In this document: positions 11,494 through 32,130 of the stretch, in pieces
Numbering within the stretch: the first letter of the stretch is position 1
How the letters are laid out: every line of letters starts with the position of its first letter
Assembly (NCBI GenBank): GCA_037447605.1
Contig: CM074821.1
Coordinates: forward strand, 186,001-250,000
Origin: Zygnema circumcarinatum SAG 698-1b
Lineage: Eukaryota; Plantae; Zygnematophyceae
Length of the DNA: 64,000 bases
Direction of reading: 5' to 3'
Notes under the pieces: model-generated
The model's database searches: none
Told to the model about the DNA's origin: nothing
What the model saw: the letters and a program-made list of their open reading frames with translations, nothing else
Made by a program: the position numbers and the translations under genes

Positions 11494-14400
11494 TTAGTCG
11501 TCGAATTCAGCCGCGTGTTCTAGCAAATAATTGGCTGCCAGCTGCTCATTCTTGTCGCATGCAAAGAAGGCTTCAATCACAAGCGCTCTGTCGAAGCCCA
11601 TGCCTTCCAACTACACCAGCACACAAACCTATCGGTAGTAAGCAAAAGCGAGGAGCGAAAACAGCAGAAATCTCTGCCTTAAGCTCAATGGCTATGAGGG
11701 GACAGCCAAGACCCACCATTCACATCAAAGCAACAGGAGCAGAAAAGTCACTCACCCTGTCAATAGCTTCCTTCTCTTCTGGTGTTACATTGATGGCTTG
11801 GGGAACGCCACCTCCCAGCTGGGCCAGCGGATCCCTGAGCCAAAAAGCCAATAAAGTTTCTAAGCATCATCTCCATAAGAGATCAATTTGCACCAACCTT
11901 AAAGAATGTCACGCTGGACAGTACGGATTAAAAAAGGAGAGCAGTCAGTGTAAGGAAAAAAATACTCCGAAACAGTAAGCAGATTGAGCTTACCCTTGAG
12001 CTTCACCAATATCCTCATTAATAAGACGAAGAAACTCGGCCTGATTGCCATTGATAAGCTGCAACAATTGCGGGTTTTGTTTTCCCAATTCCTGCAGCAT
12101 GGGCTGCATCACGTTGCACCACCCACCTCCACCAATTTAACAGGGCTGTCTTGAACAAACCAGCTAAGGTATTCACAATGACACACGTCAACCATGTCGC
12201 GCGTTAGGTCGCTGGAATGGGATCAGGTTTGAAAACTTGCTCTACTCAGAAAATACGGGAAGTTGACAACATTGCTAGCCTGCTATATCACTTCTTGTGA
12301 TTTATGTGATACGACACAGTCCTGCAACATTTAATGGCGGAAATTGAACGATAATCATGCCACACTTCGCAACAACCTGATTCTTTCAATCCTTCACAGA
12401 CTGCAAAAAGGATCGGAAAGAATAAGACCAAGTCACGAATAGGACCATCTTTAAAAGGCATGCTGAATCTCCAATTTACCTGCAGAATTTGAGGATTCGC
12501 CTGAACCATCGTTCTCAAGGCTTGAAACTGTCCTCCCACATGCCCCGTGACAAAACAAAATTAGTTCCGGCAAAACTGCGTGATCTCGAAACTGTATTAA
12601 GAAGCACTCTATAAGCTCTATAAGCTCTAAAACGATCATAATTTTCCAATCGGTCTCCCACCTGTGCATTATTTCGAAGGAAATCCAGTGCTCCAGGGCC
12701 AGCTGCTCCTGCCCCTCCAGCTCCTAGACCGGGCATTCCCTGCTTCCAAACAGAGGCAGATACCAAAGTTCAGAATAGACCAACAGCTCCTACAGAATAG
12801 TACATCAATGTTATCATCCTCGGTTGAAAGCTTTCATACCATACCATCGTACAGAGAAACGCGATAAGTGTGAGAAAATTGCATTTTCAAGAACAAGAAT
12901 GCACAGATGACCAACAGTTGACATGCAACATCAGCAAAAGTCCAAGGCCACATTAACCAGATCACGAGCCGCAACAAGGTGGCACTGATTAAGAAACTCT
13001 CACATGATCCACCACTCGAGATATCCATCCGAATTCATCACGGAAATCAGGAGCCAATAACTTGAAAGTAAACTCGGTCAGCTTCGGCAAGATCTTTTTC
13101 GCAATAAGTCATGTTTGTACGAGTGCAAACATCCAAATCCAAACGGGTGGACATTGTGGCAAAGAAGATAAGTGGAAGTTTTACCTGTGGAAACAAGTCA
13201 AGAGGTGCAGCATTCGGCCCTCCTCCAGACGCAGGGGAAGGCACTGGAGAAGCTGCTGCAGGTGCTCCTGGACCAGAAGCAGCTGCTTGCCCAGCAGGAG
13301 CCCCTTCAGAAGGTGCACGCGCGACGGGAGGAGGAGCTTCTGCTACTTCGGGTATACCCTGTTGCTCCCAGCCCTTACATAGATCACACATTCCATTCCT
13401 CCCCAAAGACTACTGGACAAAACACTCCCTTTCATCGCCTTCTGACAACGTATCTCACTACAGTAGGAAAAACGAAAGCCAGCGTCTCAAACACATGAAA
13501 TGATGAACCGCATCACTGCGTTTGACAAGGCTGATCAAGTACGCTTTTTCTTGAGGAAAATGGACCAGCATCTAATCTGAGAAGGCATCGAGGCTTGCTC
13601 CCTACAGAATATAGGTACTCCACAGCTCGTTCTGGATTGTTAAATGCAGCTCGTAGGGCTCGCACAACAAGGTCACGTTCCCAGGAACCTCCCCCCATGT
13701 CCATAATCTGCTGAATTGTGTTCTCCAAATGCGACCCAGCCACCAAGTTTGAAGCTGCTGTGCCGTACGCATCTGCAGTTGCTGAAGCATCGACTGGCCT
13801 GCATGCAGAGAAATGGAGGCAGGCAACACAACTTGACAGTCAAAAACTTTTAAAGTAGTCGAATACCTACTTCACTCATGCATATAAAACAACGCTCCCA
13901 CGGGAGCTGCTTACTGCAGTTATTCGCAGTTGAAATACATCATATTCTACTTCTGCAGGAATGAATACACCAGAACTTTGAAGCAAAATTGAGAAGCCAA
14001 AACGACGAGAAGAAAAGCTGACAAAAATAACCTCTGCAGCAAAAAATAATGCATGCAAGAAAAACAATTTAGTATGTCAGGTCTCAATAGTAAGATACTA
14101 ACTCTGCTTCTAAAGGAGCAGGGGCTGCTGGTGCAGGGGAAACAGCTGGAGAAGGAGAGGGAGGGGTCGGGGCTGCATCATCTGGGAGAGGAGCGGACTG
14201 ACATCCAAGCCCAAACTATTTGTCAGCACTAGCGAATCCTTCCAGGCTCTTAGCCAAGCCAAAGACGGTAACAATCTAGTACAGATATTTGATACTTAAT
14301 ATTGATCTCTACGCCCAAACCCCAGCAGCTCCTCCATGGGAAAGCAATGTTCCCAATTAAGTCGAAACAATAGTGAGTGGCATGAATGTCAGTGCAAAAA

Positions 14401-15141
14401 GTTGCTGTACAAGACTGATTGACCTGGGACGCTGACGCTAGCGGCGGAGCGGGTGCCGCAGGAGAAACGACAGGAGTGGGAGCTGCAGGTGCTGGCGCTG
14501 GAGCAGGGAAAAAAGGGGGGGAGGGTTTTGCCTGTAAAACGAAAAAAACGATACGCTTAAGTTCAAATTAATAAAAAAGAAATAAAACTAAATAGCTGCA
14601 CCGCACAAGTAACAACCATATTCAAGCGACAAGGCAAACAACCAATTCAATGTCGTTTACTAAACAAGCATGGATGCTTCTGACAATTTCCTGCACCCGA
14701 GAGGTCTCGTCCAAACAGAATACGCTTACCTTAGTTGTTATAACTACAATAAATCCACTCTCGCTGACGCTGTTCTCTTCCAGCGTCGTCTCATCCTTGA
14801 GCACCTTCCCTTTATGTATCAGAAGCTGTTGGCCGTACGGAAAAGCATCTTTTCCAAGCTGTTCTTCTATCTGCTTCTTCACTGCCACGATCTGCAAGGA
14901 CCACACATCAAACCATTCATGAGCTACCCTGTCAGCCATCCACTCGCAGCACATGCCATGCCATGCCATGCCAGCACGCCGTCCCCAAATGCGCAAACCG
15001 TCTACATACATGGCAACTTCAGCCCTGAGCCATAAGCCATGCGCCATGGCTACCATCCAACAGACATCCGCTCACCGAGTCTGCACCGTCGACTGTGAGT
15101 TCAAACTGCGCCCCCTTCACCGTCTTCACCGTCACCTTCAT
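11494..15141 (-). CDS. RAD23: Ubiquitin receptor RAD23 (UBL-UBA-XPC binding-UBA), multi-exon
   Basis: [10 protein letters not shown]..., [132 protein letters not shown]; TAA at 11496-11494. Confidence 0.96.
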
Positions 15142-15563
15142 GGCGCCTCCTTCAGGCTTCCCTCTCAATCTGGCTTCCCTCTCTCCTCTGGCTTCCCTGC
15201 CACGCTTTCGCACTTCCTCCCTCCCTCTCTGCGCCCTCCCTCTCCCTCTCCAAGACGCTGCCCAGCAATTCAGCCTTCAGGTGGCGACGGCTCGTTCTCG
15301 GAAAGCCCCCTTCTCATCCGCTTTCGCACAGGAACTGGGCCAAAAGCCGTACAGTTCGTACGTTTACTGTTACACTGTGACTGCAACTGTAACTGAAACT
15401 TTAATAACTAATGTCAAATAGTTGTCGGAGCAGCCGCACGGGCACGTAAATGTACTGTACCATGGAAATACGGTTCATGGTGAATGTCCTTGACCGGGGC
15501 TTATCGGCGAGCCAATCACTGATCGCCACGAGTACCAATTTTCCGATATATTTGCAGATTTAG

Positions 15564-15940
15564 TAGAGTAGCAGTCAAACATATGAAGCGCTCAGACGAC
15601 CACCACCGCGCTTTCCGCTCAGCTTTTCTTTTGCTTAGGTCCTCTGCGACCACTTCCTCGTGGTTCCCCATGCTGACTTTGTCCATGTACATCTGATGGC
15701 ATCGCCATCGTGAGATCAATTCCGCATCCAATCGTGTGCTTTTAAAGCCGTGCTGTGCTAGTAGAGGCCTGAGAAAGCAGAGTTTCGCTCATAAGCCCTT
15801 CTTTAAGAGAAAGAAATTGCCCGTCGTACGAGAGATGATGTGGTATTAAAATTTGCCCTACTTTCGTTTATTGGTTCTACATATTGTCTTTGTCCATGGA
15901 CATTTGATGGCGTCGCCATCGTCAGAAGAATGCCAATCCA
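15564..15940 (+). repeat. Dispersed repeat family 2, two tandem copies (15564-15725 and ~15860-15940)
   Basis: Core TTCCTCGTGGTT..CCCATG...TTGTCCATG.ACAT.TGATGGCnTCGCCATCG is shared with copies at 25.3, 25.5-25.8, 29.7 and 63.4 kb. Confidence 0.75.
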
Positions 15941-16667
15941 CACTTACCTCTTTAACTTGAACAGAAAGCACGGTCAGCTAGTGACGGATGGCATATGAAT
16001 GACACAAGACAGTCTCCCGTGGAATGGTCCTCAAGAACAGATCGATAATTGGGCAGAAATCTTCACCAAGGAAATGCCCATTCGTGTCAAAATTCCGATA
16101 GTAGAATTGTTCAGTATCAGGCAAGAGGAGTCGAGGGCACAAGGGCACTACCGTAACGGTTCCACAGGCATACTTTGGTCAGTCGTGCTTGTTCAGGGTT
16201 TAGGGCTTTAAGTTTAACCATGCATGCTATGCGCAGAAGAGTCTTTCCTTGTGTATGCCGCAGCTCATCTTTCCCTCCCTCCCTCATTAATTGAAGGGTT
16301 TTTCTTAGCCACGAGGGCTCACTCATACAAAAGCCCATGTGCTCTGAGAAAAGATGATTCCATTTCAGTGATAATAACCTGGCTATATTTTCAATGCTCG
16401 CATTACCTAACAAACAATGGACGTACCGCTGCCGATCTGCAAAAAAACGAACTACCTCGGTGGCCTTACACCCTCCTCTTAACTGGATGTCTGTCAGCCA
16501 AACAATTTCAGCCCCGCCACAATCGCTAGTTTCTCTCGATTTCTAAAACCAACCAATAAATCCGCATGCTTGTTCTACCAATAAATTGCGCGTACTTGAA
16601 TGGGACCCCCATTGGGAGAATTATACCTGGAATCCGTACATGGCCTGGCCTCGGTAACGCCATCAAC

Positions 16668-24690
<8,023 letters not shown>

Positions 24691-25292
24691 GGATTGCATT
24701 TCGAAATGTCTACTGCTGGTGTTGATCAAACAGCTCTTCAGAGAGCCGAACAAATCAATACGGTATCTATTCTCAAAACTATTAACAACAAAATTCTTCT
24801 CCCAAAAATATAGTTCTCCCAGAGATAGCCTTCAGCTGTCCCTTCCAAACAGCAGCCGCGAGAGCTAGGGGCAGAGGCTGCCTCCTTGCAGCAACAGCAG
24901 GGGCGTCCAATTTTTGTTGGGACCAGTTTTGAGAATACTTTTCCTTCAATTTTTCCGCCGTTGTGGATGGAAGATGCCGTTGGAGGATCCGGCGAGTCCT
25001 CGCGCGGCGCCACGTGTTCGCCTGCGCGGTGGTCCGGCCCGCCGCAGATCTCACTGGCGGCTCCGCCATCGCCTGCTAATCTCAAATTCTAAAATTTTGC
25101 ATTCGTCGCAAAATTTCCGGCGCTGCCCGCGTCCCCGGCACAACAAAAGACTTTTTTATTTTGTTAGGGAAGTGGCCACATATGTTGGAACTTGACCAGC
25201 TTGAAACCATGAATCTCGTGGTTCTTTGAAGCATGTGGATAAGTCAAAGCATCTACCTTGAATTTAGAAGCAGAGTTCAACTCATAATTTAC

Positions 25293-25828
25293 TGGTCCTT
25301 TGTGAGCGATTTGGTTCCTCGTGGTTCCCCATGTTGTTTTGTCCATATATATTTGATGGCAGCAAGAGATCAAGTTAGATGTAAGCCATACGCTTGGCAG
25401 CATTGAGTTTCACGCGCATGGAAACTATGCCCTTAAAGGCACGTCTACTATGTAAATTTTATTAGGCGATGGACATGATGTGCGTGCCTACCAAACTGAC
25501 AGGAATTACACACAGTGCCATTCCATGGATAGTTTGACCTGCGAGAAGGAAGTGGCATTGATTTGACGATGGCGAGGCCATCAAACATACATGGACAAAA
25601 TCATCATGGGAAACCACGAGGAACTGGAAACCACGAGGAACTGGAAACTACGAGGAACTGGAAACCACGAGGAACTGGAAACCACGAGGAACTGAAAACC
25701 ACGAGGAACTGGTCGCGAAGGACCTAAGGACATTAAAAAAAAAGTTACGAGCGGAAAACTATGCCTAGGCTCAACAACGCAGCCCTAGACGCAGCCGCGA
25801 AGGCTTGCGAAACTTACTGTCTACTCTA
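25293..25828. repeat. Two inverted copies of repeat family 2 (25293-25375 forward, 25541-25828 reverse)
   Basis: Reverse complement of 25541-25828 matches 15564-15725, including the TAGAGTAG terminus. Confidence 0.7.
25609..25710. repeat. 17-bp minisatellite (GGAAACCACGAGGAACT) x6
   Basis: Six head-to-tail units with two single substitutions and no spacers. Confidence 0.95.
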
Positions 25829-26459
25829 ATGAACACGGGAAGAAAGAGGATGAGAGAAAGGATAACTGACAGAACGACGAGGTATGACAAGAGCACTTTG
25901 AATCAAGTCAAAGGACGACGTTTCGCACTGCAGACTGTGCTTCCTGGTGTGCTTTAGCGCATTTGCGCTCGGCCAAACAATAGCAGCTTATTCCTGCAGA
26001 TAGAACTCAAGTAGAAACATTGAAATATTGTCTATACAGAGTAAAGGTTGCACATCTTGGACTTCGAAGTGGCTTAGACATAAACATCATTTCCGGACAA
26101 AGAAACCGGCGCTTATTGGAGGCATCTGCATACCATAGCCACGTACAAGTGGGCCTTAAGGTAGAGAAACCCTACTTGATGCATCTGAACTGATTGGTTG
26201 CGCATGGAGTGTGAACTGATTGGTTGCACATGGAGTGTGAAAGCCGGAGTGAATGTAAGAGTGCGTGAATAGCGTTAAGTCGTCAATATCTGACGAACAA
26301 TGCCATGCAGCAAAATGATCACTCCTGGTGCCTTTGGTGAGGCAAAGTAAGTGCATGGTCAATACGATAAACTTTCACCGAAAAAGAAGAACGTACCAAT
26401 TTCGCGTACATAAACTCCACCTGCTCGTCCACACTTCCGGTCTTCGTCGCCTCTATTAT

Positions 26460-27764
26460 TTACACTTGAGCCTTCAGTGACCGAAGACTCATTTCATAGG
26501 CAGCGAAGATTGAAGCATTGACCACAAAGGCTCGAGCAACGGTTACTCCGAGACCCCGGCTCAGTACCCCCCAGCCCTCCTCAGCTACACTTTTCCGAAA
26601 GCAATCTACAATGCCGGTATACTTTGTTGAGCTACCTGTCCCTTGTGCTTGAAGGCGTGATTTGACCACATCAATAGGATAACAAATCAACCAACTCAAG
26701 GATCCTGCCAGCCCACCGGCTGTTAACATTGTCCAGATCCCCTCATCCCCACTCGCGCGACATCCGGGTTCAATCGTCTCTCTTGCAACCTCATATATTG
26801 TAAAATATGAGGAAAAACCAGGAGCATCCCTAAGAAGGGTAACTCCCATGCCCCTGTACAAACCCCGGATACCCTCGATCCGAAGAATTGTGCGAAGAAT
26901 TTGAAGAGGACGTGGAGTTTGACGGCTTGGGTTATCAATTGCTGCACGGTCTGCAGCAGTTAGAGATGGACCTGATATCGGCAGGCGGGTGGCGGAGATG
27001 GCATTGGATAGAGCGAGCTTTGACGCTGCAATTTTGGATGAGCTCACAGGTTCCTCCGCCACTTGTAGGCGAATTTTGAGAAGATCAACAGGGGTAAGGA
27101 TTAGAGTTTGCAAGATGCCAGCGCCTGCTCCTGCCAAAGCCACGGTGGCATAGCTGGGGGCAACTCTTGCTTGATCGAGTTCCTCTGGGGATAAAGTTCG
27201 GATGAGTGAAGCATAGGCTTGAAAGCTCACCGCATTCTGTGAAGAAACGCCAGGACGCCCATAATGAGGCATGTGGGAAAAAAGGGCAGAGGGGGAAGAG
27301 GATGGGACAGAGGAGGCAACGGAAAGGAGGCAGGAGGAGGAGGAGAAAGAGTAGGGGAGGAGGGGACGGAGGCAAGAAAATGATCATACAGACTTAATGT
27401 CTTTTTTGGAGCGAGCAGACAACCACAATCACACCCCCGTCTCATTAAATTCCCTTCTCTCCTATGTCTCTCTCCTTCTCCCTCTCTCTCTCTCCCTTCA
27501 CTGCTCTCCTGGTCCCTTCATCACCTGAAAAGCGACCGTGGCAACCGGAGCTCCCATGCCTTTGAAGAGGGCCGTCGGCCCCTCTGTCCGCCACATCCTC
27601 CGGAGAACAGCCATGGCTCCTCCTTCTTGACCAGGCTGCTGCAGGCGCACCTTCAGCGTATCCAATGGATGGCCTGAGACCACTCCAGCCATGCCTCCTA
27701 CACCTCCTGCTACAAACTCCTTCCACTTGCTATTTTTAGCAAGAAATTCGGGCCAAAACTCCAT
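26460..27764 (-). CDS. BAC2: Mitochondrial carrier (SLC25), basic amino acid carrier BAC2-like; exons 27764-27525 and 27236-26460
   Basis: MEFWPEFLA...EFVAGGVGGMAGVVSGHPLDTLKVRLQ; three PxDxxKxR signatures (PLDTLKVR, PVDLLKIR, PIDVVKSR); phase-0 junction AFQ/NAV. Confidence 0.88.
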
Positions 27765-28180
27765 CTGTCTTTAGGCACCGTCGAACTCACAAACAAAGGG
27801 CTTGATTCCACTTCTATTGTGCAAACTGATTAAAAATTGTTGGACTTCGGCCAACTATCATCACTGCATAATTATGCAGTATCTAAATTCTAAAGCACTG
27901 ATGACTGAGCAGCCTCTCTCCTCACTCGTCTCACTATCTCTCTCTCACACACATCTCAGCATCTCTCTGAATGTTTCCCGCCCCCTTTCTCTTGGCGCCT
28001 ATCTACCTCTCTCTTTCACATTCTCCCCTCAGAGGGAGAGAAAGGGAGAGCGTGTCGTGAGAGTTGTGAGGGAGAGGGAGGGCTCGAGAATGGGAGAGCG
28101 ACGGAGAGTAGTGGGAGTCGTAGTCAAATAAGAATCTCGTTCGACTAGTACCACAGCCCACAGGGCCTGTCAGACACAGG

Positions 28181-28316
28181 GATGGACAATTTTTAAGGCA
28201 GTGTCGTGTATTAGAATTCCAATAAAAAATTCTTAAAATCAGGTCGCTTTATAAAACTCTTTTGATACGCCGTACAATCATACGATGGTACGGCTGGTAT
28301 CTGGCGGGCCAGCGCC
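28181..28316 (+). repeat. Dispersed repeat family 3, copy 1
   Basis: GATGGACA...GCAGTG.CGTG.ATTA.AATTCCAATA...TCAGG..G.TTTATAAAAC.CTTTT...CGGGCCAGCGC aligns with 63856-63997. Confidence 0.65.
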
Positions 28317-28414
28317 AATTTGCCGACCCTAGGACCGTACATGAATTTCAGAGGTCTACGAACATTCTAAAAGTGTTCTAAGACCTTGAAGCTTTTAGAT
28401 ATTAGAAAATTTTA

Positions 28415-29353
28415 GGGTAGTGATATTTCCACCCCTTTTTTGGATCCAAACACCCCTTCCCGGCCGGCCAGATTTCAAAAAGGATTAAAACCGGAAAATG
28501 CTTTTTTCACACCTTTTTGGAATCGATACCCACCCTCCATCGGCAGATTGTATTTTTGCGAAACAAGGAAAATTATAACCCTTCACTCCATTTGAATATC
28601 CCGCCTACCTGAATTTTTTTTCACGCGTGCGGTCAATCGCAGCCGTCGATTCCCTCGCAGATCGCAACGAGGCAGATCACTATTTGATCTGCAGCCGGGC
28701 TCGGTCACAGCGAATGGCACGGGCCCACGTATCCCGCCAAAGTCGTCTAAAAAAATTGTCCGTACAAATGTCGTACGGTCGTACCAAAATTTTTGTTCAT
28801 TGAGAGTTTGGACCAATCAAAAATTTCCACGTCAAAAATGTAACACGTGGCAAATGTTGATTGGTTGGGAGCTGACAATACAACAAGATCTTGGGCCGAG
28901 GTACGCGCGCACTCGCACGTGCGATCCGGCTTTGACGGGACTCGTGGGCGCTTTCCATTCGCTGCGATCGAGGCCGGCTGCAGATCGAACGGTGATCTGC
29001 AGTGGTGCGATCTGCGAGGGAATCGACAGCTGCGATTGATACACACGTGTGAAGGACGGACACCCGCGAACGATCTCGTGGCGGACGGATCTTCCGCTCC
29101 GAGCGGATTCGGGCAGGCAGATATTTCTTTTCCTCAAAAAAAAAATTCAGGTAGGCGGGATACAGTATTCAAAATGCGGTGACGGGGTATCATTTTCCTT
29201 GGTTAGCAAAAATAAAATCAGCCGACGGACGAAGGTGGGTATCGATTCCAAAAAGGTGTGAAAAAAGCATTTTCCTTTTTTAATCCCTTTTGAAATCTGC
29301 CCGGCCGGGAAGGGGTGTTTGGATCCAAAAAAGGGGTGGAAATATCACTACCC
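28415..29353. mobile_element. Non-autonomous fold-back DNA transposon (MITE), 939 bp, long TIRs, 8-bp TSD AAATTTTA
   Basis: Perfect termini GGGTAGTGATATTTCCACCCC...GGGGTGGAAATATCACTACCC; arms ~28415-28745 and ~28928-29353 are complementary; AAATTTTA at 28407-28414 and 29354-29361. Confidence 0.92.
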
Positions 29354-29677
29354 AAATTTTAATTCTGAAATCTAAAACTCTAAAAAGTGCCTTGTACTGT
29401 ACGCACTTTTTGCCATCCCTACAGTACTGTATCGTACTGTACTGTAGTCAGAACCAGAATCATCAGTACGGTATGCCCGCCCTCGAGGCACACCCGTGTC
29501 CTACATGGCACGAGAGCCTGCTCCACGTGTCGTCAGTCCAGCTGGCTCGCGCACGGAGCTGTACGGTCAGGGTTCTTTTTGCCACGTTGGTTTTGAGGTG
29601 TGCCTCGAGAAGTTCGTGGTGCGCCTGAAGGTCGATCCATCTACATGTACTAGTAGAACTTGGAACACTAGTACCCC

Positions 29678-29770
29678 CTTAGGCCTTTCGAGAGCGGTTT
29701 GGTTCGTCATGTTGTTTTTTTCCATGTACATTTGATAGCATCGCCATCATAAGGTCAACGCCAAATTCTT
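29678..29770 (+). repeat. Dispersed repeat family 2, degenerate copy
   Basis: TCCATGTACATTTGATAGCATCGCCATC core. Confidence 0.6.
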
Positions 29771-30409
29771 TTTTCTCTCTAGTCATCCGAAAGAGGGCCG
29801 TTTAACTTAGGTGTGTGACAGCGTGCTAACTTAGTGAGTTGTTTAACACTCATAGGGCCACTTCCACTAGAGTGTGAAAGTTCAAGGGAAATTGTCGTCC
29901 TAACCACATTGTGTCCCCTCGCCCACCCTTGGGAACCGCCAACAGAGAATGCCTCCGTTGTCGACACTCACATGGAACGCAAGCACGTGATTGGCCTTTT
30001 TTGTCCATGTAGAACACACGTGTATAAACGCTCTCTGACTGGTTAATGGAATGGCCGCACGTGTCGACATGCTTCCTATTGGCTCCAACTTTCCTTCGCT
30101 GGAGCGTTTTCAGAGGCTTCTTGCATCCTGTTTTAGAAATGCTGTGACTGCCAAGGTCTTGGTGTTTGACTGTAAGAATGTGACGAAGCAAAGCCCCGGA
30201 GCTCCTTGAAAAGCAAGCATTGAAAACCTGATACAGCGGAGAATATCTCAAAGTGAGTTCTGGTTTCCAATGCTGTTTGGCTGTTGAGTTTTCTTGCATC
30301 TCCTTCATATTCTTTTGCGCAGAAAGATCACACATCGTACCTATGGTCTCGATTCATTTCCGTTTCAATAGCATGGACACTAATCGACTATGATTCACTG
30401 AACATGCAG

Positions 30410-31417
30410 ATGAACGGAGATAAAAGGCATACGATTATTCTTTTGCAAGCGACAGCGAATCGCTCGGGTCGGACATTTCTAGACTACGACACAACTTCAG
30501 AAGCAATGGATGGTGAGCAGAGACATTCTCGCGGTAGATTTTTCTTTATCGTTTTTGGTGACTGCTAGCAATGCTTACATTCGTGGTCTTCAGCTTTCGT
30601 GCATTCGTGGTCTTTTAGCTCGGTGTGTTTTAACTTGCAGGCAAATTATGGCTATAGCACTCAATATTTTTTTCACAGCTGGAGTTGTGCAACCCCCTTT
30701 TTTTTTTATCATTCCTGCAAGCCGAAGCTTTTTTTGGCAGTGGCTCAAGTTTGGAGCTCCCTCATCTACGCTCTCGTTCCGTTTTTGCAGCTGCAACTAT
30801 TTTCACAGCAGATAGGGGTATATGTTTCGTCCTGTTGACTATGTTGCTACGTGCATCAAGAACGTACCGAAAAAGCATCACACTTCATGTTAGCTCCCGT
30901 TGCAGGAATTTGCGGTTTGTTTGAGAAGAGGCTTAGGGATATCAACCCGACGCTGCGCAACATAACATATGACATTTCAGACCTTTACAACTTCATTGAC
31001 AGCCTTACAGACATAACTGCCCTTGTGTGAGTATCGCCTCTTGCGTTAACAGTCCATGCCTTGCAACTGCAGGTGTTTGGAACAAGGGTTTAAGGAAAGA
31101 AGACGTTGAATCATGTTGAACATCCGTCTGGCTATGTCTCTCGCTATGGAGGTATTTTGTCAAGAGGAAGCTAGGACCGTACTATTAATGGGTAGACAGG
31201 CATGAGTAGAAGCCTGATTAGTGGAGTTAAAAGATTCTTTCAAAATTTGGGAGTTCCCCAGAGTTTTATTTACTTTAAACGGCAGCGCTCTAAGTTTTGA
31301 ACCTTTTGTGTATTTGGATGCAGGTTTGATCCAATGATAAACGCTTACACTCCTTATGATCGAGAGTGGGTGAAGAATCGAGCGTTCAACCATTTGAAAA
31401 GACTCGCAATACCGTAA
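30410..31417 (+). CDS. ERH: Enhancer of rudimentary homolog (105 aa); exons 30410-30512, 30906-31026, 31324-31417
   Basis: MNGDKRHTIILLQATANRSGRTFLDYDTTSEAMDGICGLFEKRLRDINPTLRNITYDISDLYNFIDSLTDITALVFDPMINAYTPYDREWVKNRAFNHLKRLAIP*; 318 nt total; the whole gene is not visible as one ORF in the track. Confidence 0.95.
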
Positions 31418-32130
31418 CAATTATGGCGTTTCGTTTTCCTTAAATGGTTTTCCTCGGCTCCAATGTCTACCACAGTTTCGTTGCACACGCGGGGCTAAGG
31501 AAGCTGAATGAGGATGCAGAAGATAGCCTCGAAGTTTTCCTTTTCCTGGAAGACAATTGTTCTGCCAGGCTTCTGTCCTGTTGAGCTTAGACACTTCCAG
31601 AGCGAAACAAAATCTCTATCTTTCTTCTGGCGAGCTCACTCGATGGAGATTGTTTTTTCCAAGTGCGATGAGCTGACTGTAGACTATGCAGACTGGCCGA
31701 ACCTGAAACCACTGCGTATATATTTTGCAGGCTTGCTTCTGGATGAGCACGAGTTCGGCTATGTAGAAACCGCTGGCTTTTCACATGAAAAAGGAAACAG
31801 GAGAAGAGCGTAGGCTTAGGTTAGGTTAGGCGGAGACAACCAGCCAACTTGTGATAGAGCGCAGAAGACAAGCGGGTGGTGCTTACATCAATTGTGAATT
31901 TCGGTCAAGTGTGGCTACCCAATCGCATTTTGGAAATTGATGTCTTTTGGCAGCAATCTTTCGTTTCTGCGTTGTCTGGTGAGGACATTGCCCTTCATGG
32001 CATGCAGTGTATGGGCTGAGCATGGCGTTTGCATGGCCATGTATAAACTAAATAGAGTCAAAGATAGCAGCCCCTTCGGCATAGTAAAGAGCTTTAGCGC
32101 TGTTCCCTTGATGGACCTCATAGTTCTTCA

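Noticed and set aside
25609-25710. CRISPR-like direct repeats
   Set aside because: 17-bp units are head-to-tail with no spacers, there are no cas genes, and the context is eukaryotic.
26187-26241. 26-bp tandem duplication (similar ~37-bp duplication at ~59640-59713)
   Set aside because: Simple local duplications in probable 3' UTRs with no further signal.
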